A stretch of DNA of 64,000 nt from an uncultured Porphyromonadaceae bacterium (GTDB lineage Bacteria; Bacteroidota; Bacteroidia; Bacteroidales; Muribaculaceae): the NCBI GenBank assembly GCA_947073495.1, contig CAMTMX010000003.1, positions 9,702 through 73,701 of the forward strand. Direction: 5' to 3'. Below, piece by piece: positions 1-9,297 of this stretch. Below the pieces are notes generated by a model. The model made no database searches and had not been told where the DNA came from. It saw nothing but the letters and a program-made list of their open reading frames with translations. The translations under genes and the position numbers were made by a program. Numbering within the stretch: the stretch's first letter is position 1; each line of letters begins with the position of its first letter.

Positions 1-266
1 AATTATAAGTTTCGGATAATCAGTTTTATAAATATAGATTTATTTTATCCGAATCAGTATTTTTATAGGAATATTATAATGTGTGTTGTTTTTAGGCATA
101 TTTGTAAGTAGTTAATTCATAAATATTTATAATATATTAAAAAATCCCTTGTTTTAATGCTTCAAATACTGTGTAAGATACAGTAAAATTGTCAATTTGC
201 AGACAGATGTCAGTTTTGTTTAAATAAGGGATTTGTATCTAATTGTATATTAATGTAGTAAAAGCA

Positions 267-302
267 TTAAGTGTCTCTTGCTAAGAGAGACTTAAATTTT
301 TT
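267..302 (+). terminator. Intrinsic-terminator-like hairpin plus T-run with no ORF upstream in the window
   Basis: Read directly: ttaagt-g-tctctt / aagaga-g-acttaa (two 6-bp stem segments, 3-nt loop) followed by atttttt. Confidence 0.45.
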
Positions 303-448
303 CAGAAAATTCCGAACACAACTAAATAATATTCCGACTATTACGATTTTATCCCCAAAATTAAAACCATTGTTATAATCGTTATGCAAGTTTTATGGTA
401 TAAGCGCATATTATGAGCACTGCGGACGCGATATATCGCGTCCCTACC

Positions 449-1366
449 TTAATCAACCGTTTTGCGACAGCAAAAGAAATACTCCCTGAATCGATACAGG
501 AATATAGCCGTCGCTAACGCGCTCGCTATAGCACCCCAAGGAATCTCCCCATCTGCAGCTATACCGAATGAATCTATCCCTGTCCCCTGACTCCCTTCAA
601 CAGCTGCCTCGAGTGTCTCTCCCTCCAAAACATGAGACGTGGCGACTACAATAGAATTATTCAATGCGTGGGCAAATATCGGCAACCACAGGGATTTTGA
701 CCATACATACAAATACCCGAACATGGCTCCCATCAACAACCTCGGAAAGAAACCAAAAAATTGGAAATGTACTGCACTGAATATGAAAGCCGCCCCCCAG
801 ATAGCCAACCATTCTCTCATGCGCGATTGGGCGAACACTTTCTGCAAAGCTCCACGGAAAAACAATTCCTCCGAAAAACCGGTCAGCAACCCCACTACCC
901 CTATTGTGGCAAGCATCCCTCCGATCCCGGTAAATGCAAGTATCTTATTTGTTGTTTCAGCCGCTGCGTCTTCCATCTCCCTGAGACTCGCCTCAAACCC
1001 GCTCGCCCAATCAGGAAGACGAATAGCAGCATTCCATGCTATCAACTGGTTCATTGCGGGGAGAACAAGCACATATAATATGAGGACACCTATGACAGCC
1101 TTCATCTGTGGAGGCGCCGTAAGACCAAGCCATTCCCCGGGATTCTTCGACGCAAACATCCCACAAAACGTCGCCGGCAGACAGAATGCAAACACACATT
1201 GAAACGCCGACGACATAAGCAGGGCATTCCTCTCCCCTATACTCTCCCACCGAGATAAAAGAAGGAAAACAACACTTGCCAGGCTGAGCAACACACAAAA
1301 TGAACCAAACAACACCATCAGGCGAAGTCCGGTATTCTCCCTTATGCTCCTACTATAATCAGACAT
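449..1366 (-). CDS. CPBP-family (CAAX-type) intramembrane glutamic endopeptidase
   Basis: Multi-TM protein with EELFFRG, FSAVHF and HALNN motifs typical of the CPBP/Abi family. Confidence 0.85.
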   Translation of the reverse strand: MSDYSRSIRENTGLRLMVLFGSFCVLLSLASVVFLLLSRWESIGERNALLMSSAFQCVFAFCLPATFCGMFASKNPGEWLGLTAPPQMKAVIGVLILYVLVLPAMNQLIAWNAAIRLPDWASGFEASLREMEDAAAETTNKILAFTGIGGMLATIGVVGLLTGFSEELFFRGALQKVFAQSRMREWLAIWGAAFIFSAVHFQFFGFFPRLLMGAMFGYLYVWSKSLWLPIFAHALNNSIVVATSHVLEGETLEAAVEGSQGTGIDSFGIAADGEIPWGAIASALATAIFLYRFREYFFCCRKTVD

Positions 1367-1534
1367 CGAATAATTAATTTAAGTTTCGCAGGCTCACTTA
1401 GAATTTGAAGGTTAAGAGGTTATATTTATACATGATCCTTAAGAAAAACTGAAATCTACCCACAATTATAGATTAACCTTTTAACCTTATAACCCCATAA
1501 CCCTCAACTTTCGCATGCGAAAGTTGAATAATTG
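1367..1534. repeat. Dispersed intergenic repeat, copy E1 (about 165 bp), ending in a 24-bp palindrome at 1504-1527
   Basis: Aligns by eye at roughly 80 percent identity with 3092-3268, in the same orientation. It abuts the start codon of the minus-strand gene. Confidence 0.8.
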
Positions 1535-1537
1535 AAA

Positions 1538-2464
1538 TCAGACATCAAATTTCTTTCTTCTGAATACAAAGTTGCGACCAAGATATTTCTCACGCACCAC
1601 AGGATTCTCCGCAAGCTGTTCACTTGTGCCCTGAAACAGTATCTTTCCTTCAAAAAGCAGATATGCGCGGTCGGTGATGCTCAACGTCTCCGGCGCATTA
1701 TGGTCAGTTATAAGGATTCCTATATTTTTGGATTTTAATTTATAAACAATCTCCTGAATATCCTCCACTGCTATAGGATCGACACCGGCAAACGGTTCGT
1801 CGAGCATGATAAATTTAGGATTAATGGCGAGGCATCTGGCAATCTCTGTGCGTCGGCGTTCTCCACCCGACAGCTGATCGCCCAAATTCTTCCTGACCTT
1901 TCCAAGACGGAATTCCGCTATCAGGCTTTCCAGTTTTTCTTTCTGATATTCTTCTGTGGTAGGAGTCATCTCAAGAACGGCTCGGATATTGTCTTCCACA
2001 CTAAGTTTCCGGAACACGGAAGCTTCCTGGGCAAGATATCCAATGCCGAGCTGTGCGCGTTTATAGACCGGATAACCGGTAATGTCAACATTATTTAGAA
2101 AGATTCTTCCCTCATTCGGAGAGATGAGACCTGTGGTCATATAGAAAGTTGTGGTTTTCCCGGCACCATTCGGACCCAAAAGACCTACGATCTCCCCTTG
2201 ACGGACATTGATCGACACATGGTTTGCAACCGTACGCTTGCCATACTTTTTGACAAGATTATCTGTCTGGAGGATTCCGGTCTCAGGTTCTTCAATGCTT
2301 ATAGCTTCCAAAGACTCCATTCCATCTTGTTTCTCAGTCATCACTTCCGTGATATCTTTCTCAAGCATATCGGGCTCAGGTGCTGTCTCCATCTCCTTTG
2401 CCACTTTCTCCTCTTCAGGAGTAAGGGCACCCTTATCTTTCTTTTTGAATGAAAATATTTTCAT
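1538..2464 (-). CDS. lptB: LPS export ABC transporter ATP-binding protein LptB, with a roughly 65-aa acidic N-terminal extension
   Basis: Walker [10 protein letters not shown], signature LSGGERRR, Walker B FIMLDEP; LptB-like N-terminus [13 protein letters not shown] starts near residue 65. Confidence 0.88.
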   Translation of the reverse strand: MKIFSFKKKDKGALTPEEEKVAKEMETAPEPDMLEKDITEVMTEKQDGMESLEAISIEEPETGILQTDNLVKKYGKRTVANHVSINVRQGEIVGLLGPNGAGKTTTFYMTTGLISPNEGRIFLNNVDITGYPVYKRAQLGIGYLAQEASVFRKLSVEDNIRAVLEMTPTTEEYQKEKLESLIAEFRLGKVRKNLGDQLSGGERRRTEIARCLAINPKFIMLDEPFAGVDPIAVEDIQEIVYKLKSKNIGILITDHNAPETLSITDRAYLLFEGKILFQGTSEQLAENPVVREKYLGRNFVFRRKKFDV

Positions 2465-2470
2465 AGCTTT

Positions 2471-3091
2471 TTATTTTGAACCGATTGGTAGTAGAGAACG
2501 GATATAATCCGTAAGCAACTTGATTGCCACATTATTGTTGCCACCTTGAGGCACAATAAGATCCGCATAGCGTTTCGACGGTTCAATATATAATTCATGC
2601 ATAGGCTTCAGCATCTCCCGATATCTGTCTATCACCATCTGAGGGGTTCTGTTGCGTTCCACACAGTCTCGCAAAATTACCCTGATCAATCTTTCGTCGG
2701 CATCAGCATCTACAAAAACCTTGACATCCATCATGTCGCGGAGCTCCTTGTCGGTCAATACGAGGATGCCCTCCACCACTACCACTTCTCTCGGCTTGAC
2801 AGTTACAGACTCTTTCAAACGGGAGCATGTGATAAAGTCATAGGTCGGCATCTCTATGGTCTCTCCGTTTTTCAAAGCTTTAAGATGCTGACACAAAAGA
2901 GTCCATTCTATCGACGCCGGTTCATCATAGTTCATCTTTAGCCTCTCTTCGAGAGGGATATGGGCATTATCCTTATAATAAGAATCCTGCGGAAGCACAG
3001 CCACTTCATCTTTAGGAAGCGACTCTATTATTTTTCTTACTACTGTTGTTTTGCCGGAACCAGTTCCTCCGGCTATGCCGATCACCAACAT
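2471..3091 (-). CDS. udk: Uridine kinase
   Basis: P-loop GIAGGTGSGKTT at the N-terminus; length and overall pattern typical of Udk. Confidence 0.92.
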   Translation of the reverse strand: MLVIGIAGGTGSGKTTVVRKIIESLPKDEVAVLPQDSYYKDNAHIPLEERLKMNYDEPASIEWTLLCQHLKALKNGETIEMPTYDFITCSRLKESVTVKPREVVVVEGILVLTDKELRDMMDVKVFVDADADERLIRVILRDCVERNRTPQMVIDRYREMLKPMHELYIEPSKRYADLIVPQGGNNNVAIKLLTDYIRSLLPIGSK

Positions 3092-3268
3092 GATAAATCT
3101 AAATTATTTAAGTTTCGCGAGCTCCCTTAAGGCTTGAAGGTTAAGAAGTTAAAGGGTATATTTATACATAATGCTTAAGAAAACCGGATATCTATCCACA
3201 ATTGGAGATTAACCTTTTAACCTATTAACTTCATAACCCTCAACTTTCGCAAGCGAAAGTTGAATTAA
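3092..3268. repeat. Dispersed intergenic repeat, copy E2, ending in palindrome 3240-3263
   Basis: Paralogous to 1367-1534. It also starts immediately at the ATG of a minus-strand gene (udk). Confidence 0.8.
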
Positions 3269-3285
3269 ATTATTAAGGTTGTAGA

Positions 3286-3330
3286 GACCAAAGACCTCCG
3301 ACCAAAGACCAAAGACCTTCGACCGACAAA
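3286..3330 (+). repeat. Short tandem ccaaagacc reiterations (tail module shared with 25697-25718)
   Basis: gaccaaagacctccgaccaaagaccaaagaccttcgaccgacaaa; 19 of 22 positions match ccaaagaccatcaaccggcaaa at 25697-25718. Confidence 0.6.
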
Positions 3331-3452
3331 ATTACGAAAAAAACATCAACACACCAAACTTTCCCCCTGCGACAGTGTGTTAATAAAGTTATCTGAATGA
3401 CCGAATATTTATCCACTTTTTCTTATTGCAACTCATTTTGGATTATTTTTAT

Positions 3453-3460
3453 TAATTTTG
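3453..3460 (+). promoter_or_regulatory. Bacteroides-type -7 box TAATTTTG upstream of mlaE
   Basis: Matches the TAnnTTTG consensus of the Bacteroides primary sigma factor; lies 69 nt upstream of the start codon. Confidence 0.4.
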
Positions 3461-3528
3461 CAATGTAAAAGGTTCTTCCTTTCCATTTCCTTCTCTCCGG
3501 AAAATGAAATTATATCTAAATTTAAAGT

Positions 3529-4275
3529 ATGATTGTTTCTTCTATTGCCTCCTTCGGACGCTATTGCCTTTTTATGGGTCAGGTGTTCAGGAAGCCTGAA
3601 AAATGGAAAGTTTTTTTCCAACGTCTTGTATTGGAAATCAGCAAACTTGGGGTAGACTCAATACCCCTTGTCATAATCATCTCTCTAGTTATCGGAGCAG
3701 TGATCACCATACAGATGGTGATCAATACTGTGTCACCACTAATCCCGTCTTACTCCACCGGACTTGCGACGAGAGAAATCCTTCTTCTTGAGTTCTCATC
3801 TTCAATCATGAGCCTTATTCTTGCCGGAAAAGTGGGAAGCAATATCGCATCGGAAATAGGGACAATGAGGGTGACTGAACAAATAGATGCCATCGACATT
3901 ATGGGAATCAATTCCGCAAACTTCATAGTATTGCCTAAAATTGTGGGGTTTGTTTTGTTCGTTCCCGTGTTGTGTGTACTCTCCATGTTTATGGGGCTAC
4001 TCGGCGGATGGTTCATTTCAGAGTTCACTTCGATGATATCCGTTGAAAATTATGTATTCGGCATACAATCATTCTTTAATGAATGGTATGTATGGTATGG
4101 TATAATCAAAACTATAGTGTTTGCTTTTATAATCTCAAGCGTGGCTTCCTTTTTCGGTTATTTTGTAAAAGGAGGTTCCCTTGAAGTTGGCAAGGCAAGT
4201 ACAAATGCTGTCGTTTCGAGTTCAATTATAATCCTTCTTGCAGATGTCTTGCTGACAAAGATGCTGTTGCAATAA
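3529..4275 (+). CDS. mlaE: MlaE-family ABC transporter permease
   Basis: Family-typical stretch GKVGSNIASEIGTMRVTEQIDAIDIMGINS and a 5-6 TM pattern. Confidence 0.88.
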   Translation: MIVSSIASFGRYCLFMGQVFRKPEKWKVFFQRLVLEISKLGVDSIPLVIIISLVIGAVITIQMVINTVSPLIPSYSTGLATREILLLEFSSSIMSLILAGKVGSNIASEIGTMRVTEQIDAIDIMGINSANFIVLPKIVGFVLFVPVLCVLSMFMGLLGGWFISEFTSMISVENYVFGIQSFFNEWYVWYGIIKTIVFAFIISSVASFFGYFVKGGSLEVGKASTNAVVSSSIIILLADVLLTKMLLQ

Positions 4276-4336
4276 TCCGGATTATTAATCAAGAATCTTT
4301 GGTTCATTTGGAATCTTACGACAAATACAAACCAAT

Positions 4337-4390
4337 CTTATGAGTGGTGAGAACGAAGTGAGCACAACCATCTGCCAAACACCAAAAGAC
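4337..4390 (+). repeat. Dispersed intergenic motif, copy M1 (TGAGTGGTGAGAACGAAGTGAGCACAACC...)
   Basis: The core is shared with 11184-11244 and 25659-25718. This copy sits in the 122-nt gap between mlaE and mlaF. Confidence 0.75.
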
Positions 4391-4397
4391 AAAAAAA

Positions 4398-5180
4398 ATG
4401 ATTGAAGCTAAAAATATATCGAAATGGTTTGACGGGCAACGTATCCTATATGATATCTCGGCAACTTTCGACACCGGAAAAACAAACCTTATAATCGGAC
4501 AAAGCGGCTCCGGAAAGACCGTGTTCATGAAATGTCTTATCGGGCTGTTAACTCCGGAAGAAGGCTCTATACTGTATGACGGTCGCAAATTCCGCGAGAT
4601 GTCGGAACAACAGAAAAGAGCCCTGAGAACTGAAATCGGAGTCCTTTTCCAAGGATCCGCCCTCTTCGACAACGAAACCGTGCTTGGGAATGTAATGTTC
4701 CCGCTAAAAATGTTCAGTCCGATGAGTCATGAAGAACAGCTTGAAAGGGCACATTTCTGTATCAAACGTGTTGGGCTCACGAATGCCGACGACAAATATC
4801 CTTCCGAGATTTCGGGCGGTATGCAGAAGCGTGTAGCTATCGCGAGAGCCATAGCATTAAACCCCAAATACCTTTTCTGCGACGAACCAAACTCCGGCCT
4901 TGATCCTCGCACCTCAATTCTTATTGATGAATTGCTTAGCGACATTACTCATGAGTATGGAATAACGACCATAATCAATACCCATGACATGAACTCTGTG
5001 TTAGGGATCGGTGAGAAAATTGTTTTTATCAATAAAGGGCACTGCGATTGGATAGGCACAGACAAAACAATATTCAAAAGCAAGAGCCAATCCCTCAACG
5101 ACTTCGTATTCGCATCTAAACTATTCCAGGAAGTAAAGAAATTTTTAGAGAGGGAATATGAGGCTGAGGAAGATGTCTGA
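4398..5180 (+). CDS. MlaF-like ABC transporter ATP-binding protein
   Basis: GQSGSGKT, ISGGMQKRVAIARA, LFCDEP; directly downstream of the MlaE-like permease. Confidence 0.88.
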   Translation: MIEAKNISKWFDGQRILYDISATFDTGKTNLIIGQSGSGKTVFMKCLIGLLTPEEGSILYDGRKFREMSEQQKRALRTEIGVLFQGSALFDNETVLGNVMFPLKMFSPMSHEEQLERAHFCIKRVGLTNADDKYPSEISGGMQKRVAIARAIALNPKYLFCDEPNSGLDPRTSILIDELLSDITHEYGITTIINTHDMNSVLGIGEKIVFINKGHCDWIGTDKTIFKSKSQSLNDFVFASKLFQEVKKFLEREYEAEEDV

Positions 5181-5825
5181 AAACTGACGTTTCACCTCTT
5201 CAAAATCAATCTCCCTGCCGATTTCTCGAGCCATTGAGGTAACACCCTTATCGACAAATCCGCAGGGATTTATTATTGAGAACCCGTTTAGATCCGTATT
5301 GACATTCAAGGCAAGGCCGTGCATTGTACAAAATCTCGAGCACTTCACACCAAGGGCACAAATTTTTCTCTCCTCCGAAGTTCCTTTCCCTATCCATACC
5401 CCTGAAGCGCCGTCCACCCTCTCTCCCTTTATATCATAAAGAGCAAGCGTGCGTATCACACTTTCCTCAAGCAGCGACACATAATCCTTGACACCGAGAT
5501 GATGTCTCTCAAGGTCAAGGAGAGGATATGCCACAAGCTGCCCCGGTCCATGATATGTCACGTCGCCCCCCCTCTCTACATGAAAGCATTCCACTCCCCG
5601 TGAAAGCATCAGGTTTTCCGGAATCAGAAGATTGGTTTCATGGGCATGTTTACCAAGTGTCACCACAGGATAATGCTCCACAAGAAGGAGGTATTCCTTC
5701 ACAGGCTTCTCTCCCTCTCGTTTCTTCTTTACCATCGAATCAAAAAGGCTGTGCTGAAGCGTCCACGCATCGCCATAACGCATTCTTCCGAGATCACGGA
5801 CCTCGAGTTTAATATTGTCCACCAT
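5145..5825 (-). CDS. lipB: Lipoyl(octanoyl) transferase LipB
   Basis: RGGDVTYHGPGQLVAYP and KICALGV motifs; adjacent to lipA. Confidence 0.9.
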   Translation of the reverse strand: MVDNIKLEVRDLGRMRYGDAWTLQHSLFDSMVKKKREGEKPVKEYLLLVEHYPVVTLGKHAHETNLLIPENLMLSRGVECFHVERGGDVTYHGPGQLVAYPLLDLERHHLGVKDYVSLLEESVIRTLALYDIKGERVDGASGVWIGKGTSEERKICALGVKCSRFCTMHGLALNVNTDLNGFSIINPCGFVDKGVTSMAREIGREIDFEEVKRQFSDIFLSLIFPL

Positions 5826-5855
5826 TATGATAGCATTTATAGAGTATGTTTACTT

Positions 5856-6788
5856 TTAATGGACGTGACGTTCCGCATGAAAACTTGAACGCACCATAGG
5901 ACTGCTTTCGATATGTCGAAACCCCTTCTCCTTCCCGATTCTGCCATATTCTGCAAAAATATCAGGATGGACATAATCTTGAAGAGGATAATTATTTTTA
6001 GTAGGTTGAAGATATTGACCGATAGTCATGACCTCACATCCTACTGACAAGAGATCGTCCATGGTCTCCAATATCTCTTCCCGCGTCTCACCAAGACCAA
6101 GCATAATGCCCGATTTCGACCGGATTCCACTTTCGGCAATGTGACGTATCACTTTCAATGAATTGTCGTAAGTGGCAAATGTACGCACTGCAGGCGTGAG
6201 CCTTCTCACGGTTTCCATATTGTGGGAAATCACGTCCGGATGCTCGGCTATCACAAGGTCTACAAGATCAAGCCTACCCTGAAAGTCGGGGATAAGAACC
6301 TCCATCGTCACTCCGGGACATTCCGATTTCAATGTCCTTATCATCTTTGCCCAATGCCCCGCACCTAAATCCGGAAGATCATCGCGGTCAACGGATGTTA
6401 TGACTATATGCTTCAACTGCAATTGTTTCACAGAATCCACAATATCGTAAATCTCTTTTTCGTCAAGCGGAAGCGGCTTGCCGGTAGGCACATTACAAAA
6501 TTTACAGTTGCGGGTGCATATATTGCCCCCGATCATAAAGGTGGCAGTACCGTTGCCCCAGCATTCAGCACGGTTAGGACACATACCGCTGCTACAGATT
6601 GTGTGGAGATGCTTTTCATTTAGAAGTCCGATCACCTGACTTGTCTTGAATCCATGCGGAAGTTTAATCTTGAGCCAGTCAGGTTTTCTTCTGAAATCCG
6701 GCGCGGCTTTCTGGATTATATTGTCTGATATGTCTGTCTTATCTTTATCAGGAGCGCATGAAGCGCCACATTTTTTATTGGTTTCCAT
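5856..6788 (-). CDS. lipA: Lipoyl synthase LipA (radical SAM)
   Basis: CTRNCKFCNV radical-SAM cluster motif plus N-terminal CPNRAECWG auxiliary cluster motif. Confidence 0.95.
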   Translation of the reverse strand: METNKKCGASCAPDKDKTDISDNIIQKAAPDFRRKPDWLKIKLPHGFKTSQVIGLLNEKHLHTICSSGMCPNRAECWGNGTATFMIGGNICTRNCKFCNVPTGKPLPLDEKEIYDIVDSVKQLQLKHIVITSVDRDDLPDLGAGHWAKMIRTLKSECPGVTMEVLIPDFQGRLDLVDLVIAEHPDVISHNMETVRRLTPAVRTFATYDNSLKVIRHIAESGIRSKSGIMLGLGETREEILETMDDLLSVGCEVMTIGQYLQPTKNNYPLQDYVHPDIFAEYGRIGKEKGFRHIESSPMVRSSFHAERHVH

Positions 6789-7003
6789 TTTGCGGTTAGA
6801 TTTAAGTTCTCTATTTAGTCGTTTAGACTAAATTGTTTTATTCTTGAGATTATATTACAAAATTAAAAAAAAAATTGCAATCACAACATGTATTCCCCAT
6901 CTCATCTTCTTCAATTTTATCTTTTTGATATAAAAATATTACTTTTTTACGCATTCGTAAGAATTCAAACATAAAGATATTAGGATTTTTCCAAAACCTT
7001 TTG

Positions 7004-7011
7004 TAATTTTG
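7004..7011 (+). promoter_or_regulatory. Bacteroides-type -7 box TAATTTTG upstream of the DsbD-like gene
   Basis: TAnnTTTG match about 100 nt upstream of the ATG. Confidence 0.3.
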
Positions 7012-7113
7012 TCAAAAATTAAAATGTGGCAGATGCAATTTTTGCCACTTTATATCCTTCCTCGGAATCTATGAGACCATCGTGAAACTTAAATCTATAA
7101 TTATCAAACATCT

Positions 7114-9162
7114 ATGAAAAAGTATTTTCTCACACTCGGATTACTCTTGTGTGCTTTGGTGGTATATGCCGCCGACGGTGTCAATTGGTCGTTTAAGCTG
7201 ATCGGCGACAACACCATGAATCCGGCTATTGAAGCAACAGCCAACATCGAACCGGGTTTTCACCTCTTTTCTATCGATAACCCGGATGGAGGATCAAGTC
7301 CTCTCGAATTCTTCTTCGACCTCAAAGGATGCGAGCTTGATGGCAAACCTGTTGCGAACAAAGCCTATACCAAAGAATTTGATGAAATCTTTGAAGTAGA
7401 CCAGCACTTCTACACCGGCAAAGTGGTGTTTACTCAAAAACTGAAACCCACCGACAAGTCTTTCTCTGTTAATCTTGAACTTAAAGGACAGACTTGCAAC
7501 GATTCCGGTTGCGTACCGGTGTTTGCCTCTCACTCGTTCAGCGGCACTGCCCCGGTAACTGCCAAGGCAGAAACTGCGTCTACAGAAAAGGAGGATGCCT
7601 CTTCCGCTAAAGAAGAACAGAAAGACGGAGCCACCGCTCTTGCCGAAATGACTGATTCCCTTCAAGCATCGGAACCATTCATGACACCTGATGCAAATCT
7701 AAGCAACGTGCAGTCCACCAATGAATCATGGTGGGATAACGTGGAAGCGGAACTTCAGGTGTTTTCCGACAATCCGTCGCAGCAAGGACGTTCCCTCCTA
7801 TATATATTCATTGCGGGTTTTATCGGTGGTCTGATCGCTTTGGTAACCCCTTGTGTGTGGCCAATGATCCCAATGACAGTCAGCTTCTTCCTCAAGCAAA
7901 ACAAGACCAAGAAAAAATCTGTAATAACTGCTTCGATCTATGGTCTTTCGATTATTGTGATTTATGTCGGGCTCGGTTTGATCGTGACTGCTCTTTTCGG
8001 CGCTTCGGCATTGAATGAACTTGCCACAAGTGCATTATTCAATATCATCTTCTTCCTTCTTCTTGTTGTCTTTGCCATATCATTTATGGGTGGATTTGAA
8101 CTTACCCTCCCGGCTTCATGGACAAACAAGATGGACTCCAAGGTAGATTCCACAACCGGATATCTCAGCATCTTCTTCATGGCTTTTACCTTGGTGCTCG
8201 TTTCTTTCTCCTGCACCGGTCCAATCATCGGCACACTGCTTGTCGAAGCCGCCGCAACCTCAAACTTCATATCTCCCGCTATCGGAATGTTTGGCTTCGC
8301 ACTTGCCCTTGCTCTTCCATTCTCGATCTTTGCAATGTTCCCCACTATGCTCAAATCAATGCCAAAGAGCGGAGGATGGATGAACACTGTGAAGGTAGTG
8401 CTTGGGTTCCTTGAGCTTGCGCTTGCACTTAAATTCCTCTCTGTTGCAGACCTTGCATACGGTTGGAGAATTCTTGATCGCGAGGTGTTCGTATCTTTAT
8501 GGATAGTGATCTTTGCTCTTCTCGGAATTTACCTTCTCGGCAAGTTAAGATTCCCGCACGATGACGAAGTTGAAAAGGTAAGCGTCCCTCGCTTTATGCT
8601 TGCCTGCATCTCTTTTGCTTTCGCAGTCTATATGCTTCCCGGTCTCTGGGGTGCACCTCTTAAGAGCATCAGTGCATTCGCGCCTCCGTTGTCCACCCAG
8701 GATTTCTCTCTTTATGAAGGCGACGTGCATGCACAGGTCGACGATTTCGAAGAAGGTATGAAACTTGCACAGCAACTCGGCAAACCTGCCTTGATTGACT
8801 TCTCCGGATACGGATGCGTAAACTGCCGCAAGATGGAAGCGGCTGTATGGACAGACCCTGCGGTTAAAGCTTCTATCGACAACGATTTTGTATTGATCAC
8901 TCTTATGGTCGATGAAAAGAAAGCTCTTCCGGAACCAATCAAGGTGACTGAAAAAGACGGCACAGTGCGCACGCTCCGCACCTATGGTGACAAGTGGAGC
9001 TATCTCCAAAGATCCAAATTCGGTGCCAACGCCCAGCCCTTCCATGTGATTGTAGACAACAATGCCAAACCTCTTGCTCCGGCATTCGTATATAAAGAAG
9101 ATGTGCCGGGATATATCAACTTCCTCAATCAGGGAATTGAAAACTATAAGAACGGCAAGTAG
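7114..9162 (+). CDS. DsbD-like thiol:disulfide interchange protein (N-terminal periplasmic domain, TM core, C-terminal thioredoxin)
   Basis: Signal peptide; TM cysteines in CVWPMIP and SCTGPIIG; C-terminal thioredoxin CxxC in GYGCVNCRKME. Confidence 0.85.
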   Translation: MKKYFLTLGLLLCALVVYAADGVNWSFKLIGDNTMNPAIEATANIEPGFHLFSIDNPDGGSSPLEFFFDLKGCELDGKPVANKAYTKEFDEIFEVDQHFYTGKVVFTQKLKPTDKSFSVNLELKGQTCNDSGCVPVFASHSFSGTAPVTAKAETASTEKEDASSAKEEQKDGATALAEMTDSLQASEPFMTPDANLSNVQSTNESWWDNVEAELQVFSDNPSQQGRSLLYIFIAGFIGGLIALVTPCVWPMIPMTVSFFLKQNKTKKKSVITASIYGLSIIVIYVGLGLIVTALFGASALNELATSALFNIIFFLLLVVFAISFMGGFELTLPASWTNKMDSKVDSTTGYLSIFFMAFTLVLVSFSCTGPIIGTLLVEAAATSNFISPAIGMFGFALALALPFSIFAMFPTMLKSMPKSGGWMNTVKVVLGFLELALALKFLSVADLAYGWRILDREVFVSLWIVIFALLGIYLLGKLRFPHDDEVEKVSVPRFMLACISFAFAVYMLPGLWGAPLKSISAFAPPLSTQDFSLYEGDVHAQVDDFEEGMKLAQQLGKPALIDFSGYGCVNCRKMEAAVWTDPAVKASIDNDFVLITLMVDEKKALPEPIKVTEKDGTVRTLRTYGDKWSYLQRSKFGANAQPFHVIVDNNAKPLAPAFVYKEDVPGYINFLNQGIENYKNGK

Positions 9163-9244
9163 AGTTGAGAATTGTGAGTCAAAATAAATAAGGATTAACC
9201 TCGATTCTTTTCGGTTAATCCCGATTTCCGAAATTTAAAAATTC

Positions 9245-9284
9245 AAAAAAATCCCCGTCAGATTTAATATCGACGGGGATTTTT
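9245..9284 (+). terminator. Intrinsic terminator after the DsbD-like gene
   Basis: atccccgtc ... gacggggat 9-bp stem flanked by an A-run and tttt. Confidence 0.7.
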
Positions 9285-9297
9285 GCGTTTATTAGTC

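Noticed and set aside
3286-3330. Reiterated ccaaagacc units considered as a CRISPR array or minisatellite
   Set aside because: There are only about three 7-14-nt units, with no spacers of CRISPR size and no cas genes in the window. I kept it only as part of the dispersed-repeat description.
5145-5180. 36-bp convergent overlap of the mlaF-like and lipB 3-prime ends
   Set aside because: Both C-termini are poorly conserved tails. Overlap of convergent stops is unremarkable and probably has no functional meaning.
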